Shown here piece after piece: positions 25,989 to 32,000 of a stretch of DNA of 32,000 nucleotides (position 1 is its first letter; the number at the start of each line of letters is the position of its first letter). Under the pieces are notes generated by a model that was not told where the DNA came from, searched no databases, and saw only the letters and a list, made by a program, of their open reading frames with translations. A program made the position numbers and the translations under genes. The stretch comes from Geotalea uraniireducens Rf4 (GTDB lineage Bacteria > Desulfobacterota > Desulfuromonadia > Geobacterales > Geobacteraceae): the NCBI RefSeq assembly GCF_000016745.1, contig NC_009483.1, forward strand, positions 4,770,001 to 4,802,000. The letters run 5' to 3'.

Positions 25989-26675
25989 ATGTCTGGAGGA
26001 ATCAAGCAGTGGCCTGAAGATGAACGGCCAAGGGAAAAGCTTCTCAAACGGGGCGCAAAAGCATTGAGCGACGCGGAACTGCTGGCACTGATCATCGGCA
26101 CTGGCGATTCTTCCAGCGGCCGGAGCGCCCTCGACATCGGCAGGGAGATGCTGCAGGACTTCGGTGGCCTGCGCAACCTGGCCCACGCCACCGCCAGCGA
26201 GATCTGCCGGATCAAGGGAGCAGGACCGGCCAAGGCCGCCTGCATCAAGGCGGCGCTGGAACTGGCCAACCGATATGGCGCCCGCCGTTTCGAAAGCCTT
26301 GAACGCTTCACCTCTCCGAGCCAGGTCTTCGAGCACTTCCACCACGAATTTCGCGACCATCGCAAGGAATACTTCCTCACTCTCCTTCTCGACGGCAAAA
26401 ATCGCATCCTCAAACGGGTGCAGATCTCCGAGGGCTCCCTCAACCAGAGTATCGTCCACCCCCGCGAGGTCTTCAACCAGGCCGTCCGCGAGTCAGCCGC
26501 CGCCATCATCCTCGTTCACAATCACCCTACCGGCGATCCGACCCCGAGCCGCGAAGACATCGACATCACCCGCAGACTAAGGGAGGCGGGAGACCTGCTC
26601 GGCATCAAGGTGCTCGACCATATCATCATCGGTGACGGCTCTTTTCTCAGCTTTGTCGATAGGGGAATGATGTGA
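25989..26675 (+). CDS. radC: RadC-family JAB-domain protein (UPF0758)
   Basis: The protein from MSGGIKQWPEDERPREKLLKRGAKALSDAELLALIIGTG has an HhH region, then the JAMM motif HNHPTGDPTPSREDIDIT. The ATG at 25989 was chosen over the long ORF, which overlaps uppP. Confidence 0.9.
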   Translation: MSGGIKQWPEDERPREKLLKRGAKALSDAELLALIIGTGDSSSGRSALDIGREMLQDFGGLRNLAHATASEICRIKGAGPAKAACIKAALELANRYGARRFESLERFTSPSQVFEHFHHEFRDHRKEYFLTLLLDGKNRILKRVQISEGSLNQSIVHPREVFNQAVRESAAAIILVHNHPTGDPTPSREDIDITRRLREAGDLLGIKVLDHIIIGDGSFLSFVDRGMM

Positions 26676-26769
26676 AAGCGGCTGATCCCCGGCGGATGCC
26701 TTGCTCCGGCAAATAGACAGGGAAAGCCCTGATGCAGGGGCAAGCCCCTATTAATCAGCGGTTCAAATC

Positions 26770-26837
26770 GGGTAGGAGGCGGGATTGCTCCCGCCGTCCT
26801 CCCACACCACCGTGCGTACGGTTCCGTACACGGCGGT
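26770..26837 (-). ncRNA. Group II intron domains V and VI (catalytic hairpin and branch-point hairpin)
   Basis: Domain V (26806..26837) is ACCGCCGUGUACGGAACCGUACGCACGGUGGU, with a CGC-type triad position. Domain VI (26770..26803) is GGGAGGA-C-GGCGGGA-GCAA-UCCCGCC-UCCU[A]CCC, with a GNRA loop and a bulged A at + coordinate 26773. Confidence 0.75.
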
Positions 26838-28241
26838 TCATGAAGTACGTTGAAGTCGGTGAAGCTGGTCTATGAGTGATACCAGCCCCAGTTTGTCGAA
26901 GTAGAATTTCGGAACAGCTTTGTTCATATGCGCGGCCCCTGCATTCCACCAGGGGCCGCGGCCGTTTGTGGCCGACCGCCATGCAGTTGCCTCCGATAAT
27001 CCCCGCCGCATCAGTTTCTTTGCTCGCGTCTTGGGGCGCTTCCACTGCTTCCAGAGAATGCGACGCAGTTTACGTCTCAGCCATCCGTCCAGTTCCTCGA
27101 AGATGCCTTTTACTTCCGCGTACCGAAAGTAGTTTAACCAACCCCTAAGTTTCGGGGTTGTCTCTTCAACGGTGGTTTGGATGTTCTGACCCCTTCCCCG
27201 CCTAAAGATCGTCTTGAGGTTGGCCTTGAGCCTGGCAGCCGCTTTCTTGGCCACGGTAAGCCGCGGTTTGCGGTGCCGGGTCATGCTGTAACTCAGAAAC
27301 GACCTTTTCCACGGACGGTCAACCGCGCTTTTGCCCTGGTTGACCGTGAGCTTGAGCCGCTCGGACAGGTAGCCGGTAATTGAGGCCATGACACGCTCGC
27401 CGCTTCTCCTCGTTGCAACATAGATATTTGCGTCGTCGGCATAGCGGCAGAACTTATGGCCCCTTCTTTCCAGTTTCTTGTCCAGTTCGTCGAGGAGGAT
27501 GTTGGACAGCAGCGGCGAGAGAGGCCCGCCTTGCGGCGTGCCTTCCAACCGGGGTGACGTCACTCCTCCTTCAAGTATCCCTGCCTTAAGGTAGCTGTCG
27601 ATAAGGGACAGCACCAGACGGTCTCCAACCTTGCGTTTCACCAGCGACATAAGGGTGTCGTGGTGGACTCGGTCGAAAAATTTCTCAAGGTCAATGTCAA
27701 CCACCCACCTAAGGCCGCTCTCTACATACTTCCGAGCTGCCTTGATCGCTTGATGGGCGCTCCGTCCAGGGCGAAACCCGTGGGAACTTATGGAGAAACC
27801 AGGGTCGAACAGCGGGCTCAAAACTTGATGCACCGCCTGCTGAATGAGTCGGTCAAGGACGGTGGGAATTCCCAGCATCCGTGTGCCGCCTCCCGGTTTG
27901 GGAATTTCTACTTTCCGCACCGGTTGCGGGTGATACGTTCCCGTCAGCAGTTCTTCTCTGATGCGCGGCCATTCCTCCTGTAGGTAGCCCTTCAGGGCCG
28001 TTACCGGCATGTTATCGACGCCGGGCGCTCCCTTGTTGCGCATTACCCGTGAGTATGCCGCCATCATGTTGCCGCGACTGACGATCTTCTCCATCAGTCC
28101 CGTTGCCGCTTCCGGCCAGTGAGCTGCTTTCCTTCCCGTGACGTTTGCCGCACCTCTCCCTTTCTCTCGCGGTTTCCAACCGCTACCCTCCGGGCTGGCG
28201 CCGGGTATCCCAACCCGGCCTTCTGCTGCTCCTGTCGTCAT
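26838..28241 (-). CDS. Group II intron reverse transcriptase/maturase
   Basis: The RT motifs are NKGAPGVDNM, RMLGIPTVLDRLIQQA, PQGGPLSPLLSNILLDELD and FCRYADDANIYV (YADD). A maturase X region follows (RGWLNYFRY). The alternative start is MEKIVSRGN at 28094. Confidence 0.9.
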   Translation of the reverse strand: MTTGAAEGRVGIPGASPEGSGWKPREKGRGAANVTGRKAAHWPEAATGLMEKIVSRGNMMAAYSRVMRNKGAPGVDNMPVTALKGYLQEEWPRIREELLTGTYHPQPVRKVEIPKPGGGTRMLGIPTVLDRLIQQAVHQVLSPLFDPGFSISSHGFRPGRSAHQAIKAARKYVESGLRWVVDIDLEKFFDRVHHDTLMSLVKRKVGDRLVLSLIDSYLKAGILEGGVTSPRLEGTPQGGPLSPLLSNILLDELDKKLERRGHKFCRYADDANIYVATRRSGERVMASITGYLSERLKLTVNQGKSAVDRPWKRSFLSYSMTRHRKPRLTVAKKAAARLKANLKTIFRRGRGQNIQTTVEETTPKLRGWLNYFRYAEVKGIFEELDGWLRRKLRRILWKQWKRPKTRAKKLMRRGLSEATAWRSATNGRGPWWNAGAAHMNKAVPKFYFDKLGLVSLIDQLHRLQRTS

Positions 28242-28696
28242 CGAAACTCAAGGCTCCTGTCCGCTTACTTCAAGTTCGGCCCTTTGTCGGTCGGTTATTC
28301 CGACTCGTATGGCCTCTGCTGACTTCTGCCAACCCATCCCGGCACCTCTCGATGCCGGTAGCACAAGGCAGGTTGACAGACCTCCCAGGGTAATGCGCGT
28401 GACCTTCATCCCATATACCCGCCGCATCTACTTCCACATCTTTCTGGATGGTTATCGGGCTTTGAATCTGTTTGCCTTCTCGCCCAGATGTGGCTGCCTC
28501 ATATGCGATTCCTGTTCGTCGGGCCAGGACTTTGCCTACAGCTTCCTTCAGATTCCGGGTCGCCCCGGACACCCTTGCTGTTCAGCTATCGGTTCCCACC
28601 ATCAGGGTCCGAAGAGGACTTTCACCTCCAAGTCACCAATCAGGCACCATACCCAATTGGATGGCGCTTACGCGCCACGCGCCATGCCTGGCGCAC

Positions 28697-28725
28697 AAAC
28701 AAAAAAAGCCTGCATCTTTGCAGGC
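28697..28725 (-). terminator. Rho-independent terminator of the 28752..29045 gene; the group II intron is inserted directly after it
   Basis: The minus strand reads gcctgca-aaga-tgcaggc, followed by tttttttgttt and then GUGCG. Confidence 0.85.
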
Positions 28726-28751
28726 GTCAAATGGTACAAGGAAAGCAGGGT

Positions 28752-29045
28752 CTACTGCTTCTTAAAATGCGATGCAACCCGGTCCAGGGCGCTTTTCAAT
28801 TCGGCACTGGCTTTGTCCATTCCCCCCTTCATCGACTCCCATTCCTCGCCGCTCGCCTTCTGCAAGGCGTTCCATTTCTCCTTCAACACCTCTTTTTTCT
28901 GAAGCAGTTCGTCGATCTCCCTGGTCAGCTGGGACTTTGCCCCCGCAGTTAAATGTACGGCTTTAGTTTCCAGCGTTTCGATCTTCTCCTTCCATTCTTT
29001 GAGCTGCTCTTCCAGCTTCTTCCGGTACTCCTCCTTTGTGTCCAT
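28752..29045 (-). CDS. Small coiled-coil protein of unknown function (97 aa)
   Basis: The ATG at 29045 is preceded by aaaggaggaacacc (a strong SD). The sequence is heptad-rich and charged (EEYRKKLEEQLKEWKEKIETLE...). The longer ORF to 29093 lacks an RBS. Confidence 0.65.
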   Translation of the reverse strand: MDTKEEYRKKLEEQLKEWKEKIETLETKAVHLTAGAKSQLTREIDELLQKKEVLKEKWNALQKASGEEWESMKGGMDKASAELKSALDRVASHFKKQ

Positions 29046-29182
29046 GGTGTTCCTCCTTTGGCGAAAACCTTCACCACCATTAGCCAAATCCAATACTATA
29101 AGTTTGCCTGAAAATTACTAAAAGTCGAGCCCGGCAGTCGAAAATTCCCGACACCTCCTCGCCCATTAACGCTGAAAGAATT

Positions 29183-30043
29183 CTATTGATGATGACCGCT
29201 CCGATTGGAAAAGGGAGCGGTCGAACGGTTGCCGAACCGGCCAGGCGGAGCAACGGCGAAGGCCCGCTCGATCATGACGACGGCGTCCCGAAAGCGGTGA
29301 GGCGCATTGAGCAGGACCAGCAGGACCCGGGTGCCGTCCCGCTCGGCCAGGGCCACCAGGCATCGCCCCGCATTTTCCGTATAGCCGGTTTTTACGCCGC
29401 TGACGCCGACGGAGCGCCCCAGCAGCTTATTCCTGTTTACCAGCGAAAAGGCGCGCCTCCTGTCGACGGTGCGGATCTTCAGCCGCTTGCTGGAGACGAG
29501 CCGGCCAAAGGCGGGATTTTTCAGGGCGGTTTCGGCCAGGATGGCCAGGTCGCGGGCCGTGGAGTAGTGGTTCGGCGCATCGTGGCCGCAGGCATTGGCA
29601 AAGCGGCTGTTGTCAAGGCCGAGGCCCCTCGCCCGGGCATTCATCAGGGCAACGAACCGCTCCTCGCTCCCGGCCAGATGGTCGGCGAGGGCATGACAGG
29701 CATCGTTGGCCGACGCCACCAGCATCGCCGCCAGAAGGTCCTCCAGCCGAAACCTTTCCCCGACGCGAAGACCGATACGACTGCCGGTCTCCCCTGCCGC
29801 CCGCCTGGAGACGGTCACCACCTCATCAAGTTTGCACCGTTCCAGCACCAAAATGGCGGTCATGATCTTGGTCAGGCTGGCCTGCGGCAACCGACGCACG
29901 GGTCGGCGAGCCCAGACCGTCTTCCCCTGGATCTGCACCAGGTACGCCGATGCCATCCGCGGAAACGGGTCGGGCACCTCGGCCGCCCCACCATTCCCCG
30001 CCGCCAGCATGAGTGTCGCCAGCAGCATGATGCGGACTATCAT
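29183..30043 (-). CDS. Serine-type D-Ala-D-Ala carboxypeptidase (peptidase S11, low-MW PBP)
   Basis: It has a signal peptide and the motifs SxxK (ASLTK), SxN (SANDA) and KTG (KTGYT). Confidence 0.85.
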   Translation of the reverse strand: MIVRIMLLATLMLAAGNGGAAEVPDPFPRMASAYLVQIQGKTVWARRPVRRLPQASLTKIMTAILVLERCKLDEVVTVSRRAAGETGSRIGLRVGERFRLEDLLAAMLVASANDACHALADHLAGSEERFVALMNARARGLGLDNSRFANACGHDAPNHYSTARDLAILAETALKNPAFGRLVSSKRLKIRTVDRRRAFSLVNRNKLLGRSVGVSGVKTGYTENAGRCLVALAERDGTRVLLVLLNAPHRFRDAVVMIERAFAVAPPGRFGNRSTAPFSNRSGHHQ

Positions 30044-30113
30044 ACGCGGGTCCCTCCCCTTCCTGGCAATAACCGATCAGCACTGACCATATCAGGTTTT
30101 TACAACAACAATT

Positions 30114-30235
30114 CCCCCCTCACCCTAGCCCTCTCCTTTAGGCCCGCAATTTGGGTCCGCAAGGGGCGAGGGGACTTTAAAGCTCCCCTCCCTTGATGGA
30201 CCCAAAGGGCCTAAAGGAGGGGCTGGGGGAGGGTG
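30114..30235. repeat. Long imperfect palindrome (~120 bp, nested arms) in a divergent intergenic region
   Basis: The outer arm pair is agccctctcctttaggccc / gggcctaaaggaggggct. The middle pair is tttgggtcc / ggacccaaa, a perfect 9 bp. The inner pair is caaggggcgagggga / tcccctcccttg, around the centre ctttaaag (~30178). Confidence 0.8.
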
Positions 30236-30689
30236 CAATGTGCTGGTTTTTATGGCTTGGTGAGTCAGTGCAATTTTCTAACCGGACACTACTGACGAAT
30301 GTAATCCATTATACCTCTTTTCCAGCGGATGACGCCCATTCGTGCAGCCGGCTTAACAGGACCATTTGCAATTTATCTGTTTTTCTGTCTAATTAAGAAA
30401 ATAAAATAGATCGCTATCCCCTCTTAATTCCTACCTTTTTTTGTCAGTTGTAAAAAATTTTTACACCTGCAAAAGCCTAACCTATCGATATTTCAATTGA
30501 ATTTCTCTATTTTCTCGTGTAGATACAACTGAGAGCTCATTAATACCAGGCAAGATCGTAGCCGAGCTTATCAGAGGCGGTTGTTGCAGGTATGCAGTGT
30601 TTGTTAAGATCGCAATATTGCACCCTAATGTGAATTCAGGCTGCTAACCGCCGTTCGGTGCTCGTCATCAACCCGAGAAGGAGAGCTGG

Positions 30690-31994
30690 ATGCCGCGCGT
30701 AACGATTATTTGCCCGCATTGCAGTTTTAGCCGCGAAATGGATGATGCTGCGATCCCCGCCGGGGTGACCAGGGCCACCTGCCCCAAATGCCGGCAAGGA
30801 TTTGGCTTGAGCGAAGCAATCAGGCCACTGGCTGTTGTTTCACCGCCACAGCCGCCTCTCGCACAAGCTGCACCGCCCCCCCTTGAGCCTCCGGCCGCAG
30901 TTCCCAAGCCAAATGTACCGCCGAACCCCCGCCCGAAGACCCTCCGCTTCTCCTTCTCAGGCAACGCCCGCGACTACTTCGGCATCTGGATCGTCAATAC
31001 CCTGCTGAAGATCGTCACCGTCGGCATCTACTCGGCCTGGGCCAAGGTCCGCAAACGCCGCTACTTCTACGGCAATACCATGCTCAACAATACCGTCTTC
31101 GAGTATCTGGCCGAACCCATGGCCCTCTTCAAGGGGTGGCTCATCGCCGCAACCTTCTTCCTCCTCTATTCAGTCGGCTCGAAAGTGAACCCCATGCTCG
31201 CAAGCGTACTCGGCATCGTCTTCTTCATCGGCACGCCGTGGCTGATCGTCCGCTCCCGCGTCTTCAACATGCGCAACTCGGCGCACCGCAACATCCGCTT
31301 CACGTTCCAGCCCGACTATCGCGAGGCCTATGTCGTCTTTGCCGGGCTCCCGTTCCTCATCCCGTTCACACTGGGGTTTATCGTCCCCTACATGGTATAC
31401 CGCCAGAAGAAGTTCTTTGTCGAGCAGAGCGGCTACGGCAGGACCCGCTGCACCTTCGACGCCACTGTCAAAGAGTTCTACCTGGTTTTCCTCAAAGCGG
31501 CCGGCGGGTTTGTCCTGCTGATTGCCGGCTTGATCCTGGCCGCATACTTTCTCTCCGCAACCTTCCGGGAACTTTCGCCGCTTTTCCTGGATGGCAGCGG
31601 CCTGGACAAGAAGACCCAGCAAAAAGGCGCTGTCGCCATGGTCTTCATCATTTTCGCCGTCCTGAACCTCTTCTACATCTATTTCGCGGTCTACGTCCAG
31701 ACAGCCCTGGCGAACCTCACCTGGGGCGGGACGCGCATCAGGAACAGCCGGTTTTCCAGCACCCTCAGGGTCCGCGACATGGCCTGGCTCTACTTATCCA
31801 GCGCGGCCGCGATATTTCTTTCCCTGGGGCTCCTCATCCCATGGGCCTCCATCAGAATAACCCGTTACCGCTTGAAAAACCTCTCTCTCAACCTCAACGA
31901 CGACATGGAGGGATTCCTGGGTTGGGGACATGCGGGAGTCGGCTCCGCCGGAGAGGAGATCGGCGATATGTTCGGCATCGACGTGGGGCTATGA
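30690..31994 (+). CDS. Zinc-ribbon (MJ0042-type) + Pro-rich linker + DUF898 (YjgN-family) membrane protein
   Basis: The N-terminus is CPHCSF...CPKCRQGF and the RBS is gagaaggagagctgg. The DUF898 signatures are FSGNARDYFGIWIVNTLLKIVTVGIYSAWAKVRKRRYFYGNT and IPWASIRITRY. Its stop overlaps an ATG (ATGA at 31991), so a coupled downstream ORF runs off the window. Confidence 0.8.
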   Translation: MPRVTIICPHCSFSREMDDAAIPAGVTRATCPKCRQGFGLSEAIRPLAVVSPPQPPLAQAAPPPLEPPAAVPKPNVPPNPRPKTLRFSFSGNARDYFGIWIVNTLLKIVTVGIYSAWAKVRKRRYFYGNTMLNNTVFEYLAEPMALFKGWLIAATFFLLYSVGSKVNPMLASVLGIVFFIGTPWLIVRSRVFNMRNSAHRNIRFTFQPDYREAYVVFAGLPFLIPFTLGFIVPYMVYRQKKFFVEQSGYGRTRCTFDATVKEFYLVFLKAAGGFVLLIAGLILAAYFLSATFRELSPLFLDGSGLDKKTQQKGAVAMVFIIFAVLNLFYIYFAVYVQTALANLTWGGTRIRNSRFSSTLRVRDMAWLYLSSAAAIFLSLGLLIPWASIRITRYRLKNLSLNLNDDMEGFLGWGHAGVGSAGEEIGDMFGIDVGL

Positions 31995-32000
31995 GTCCCG

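Larger units (their letters stand above)
26767..28696 (-). mobile_element. Group II intron, bacterial class C-like (about 1930 nt), apparently intact; the 3' boundary is good to a few nt
   Basis: On the minus strand the 5' end is GUGCGCC (28696 downward), 455 nt before the RT ORF. Domain V follows the ORF stop and domain VI has a bulged A. The putative 3' end is ...CCCGAU, near 26767. The element sits 11 nt after a terminator hairpin, and the intron-encoded protein has no endonuclease domain. Confidence 0.85.

Noticed and set aside
28119-28966. Plus-strand ORFs 28138..28902 (254 aa), 28145..28393, 28472..28765 and 28488..28952, and minus-strand 28270..28572
   Set aside because: They fall in the 5' ribozyme portion (domains I-III) of the group II intron and in the antisense of the coiled-coil gene. 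They show no protein-family resemblance, and the RNA interpretation explains the region.
30400-30689. c-di-GMP/cGAMP (GEMM-I) riboswitch or sigma-54 promoter upstream of the zinc-ribbon/DUF898 gene (the 24700..25130 spacer was also examined)
   Set aside because: I looked for the conserved GEMM-I strings (GGCAAACC ... ACGCAAAGC) and for TGGCAC-N5-TTGC and found neither. No call can be made without a covariance-model scan.
31991-32000. Start of a further + strand ORF (ATGAGTCCCG) overlapping the DUF898 stop
   Set aside because: Only 10 nt are visible, which is too little to call a feature. It is mentioned only as evidence of translational coupling.
1-32000. tRNA, rRNA, tmRNA or RNase P genes in the intergenic regions
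   Set aside because: No T-arm-like GGTTCGAATCC-type motif or cloverleaf was seen in any spacer. The only gttcaaatc string (26761..26769) lies at the group II intron 3' boundary (last three intron nt plus flanking exon sequence).

Overview
High-GC (~58-60%) chromosomal window that looks Geobacteraceae-like: it has two PpcA-type triheme cytochromes c7 and a proB-proA-nadD-rsfS-rlmH-gpmI block. All family names come from motifs I recognise in the translations; no search was run.

Layout:
- 1-7600: a defence-island-like segment. It holds a 5'-partial COG2865 AlbA_2/HATPase_c_4 gene, a McrB-like GTPase gene (DUF3578 reader + AAA+) split in frame by an ISL3-family IS, a 785-aa DUF2357/PD-(D/E)XK McrC-like nuclease, and a DUF559 endonuclease gene bracketed by 108-bp direct repeats.
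- 7700-21500: housekeeping genes. These are a TIGR01212 radical SAM gene, an XRE membrane protein, ppcA-like cytochrome / JAB-DinG helicase / membrane protein / ppcA-like cytochrome, then comF, a LUD-domain gene, gpmI, rlmH, rsfS, nadD, proA, proB and a DUF2062 gene.
- 21469-21719: a 27-unit heptamer array closed by a 17-bp inverted repeat. It is followed by a second copy of the same IS (transposase and internal antisense ORF translations identical), inserted exactly at the stop codon of a PiT phosphate transporter (DUF47-pit operon).
- 25100-26700: uppP and radC.
- 26767-28696: an apparently intact class C-like group II intron sitting just after an intrinsic terminator.
- 28700-32000: a small coiled-coil gene, a D,D-carboxypeptidase gene, a ~120-bp imperfect palindrome and a zinc-ribbon/DUF898 membrane protein.

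Most noteworthy:
- the IS-split McrBC-like module with an unassigned C-terminal domain;
- two Shine-Dalgarno-mimicking heptamer arrays on the sense strand of neighbouring operons;
- the JAB(RadC-like)-DinG fusion;
- the repeat-bracketed DUF559 cassette.
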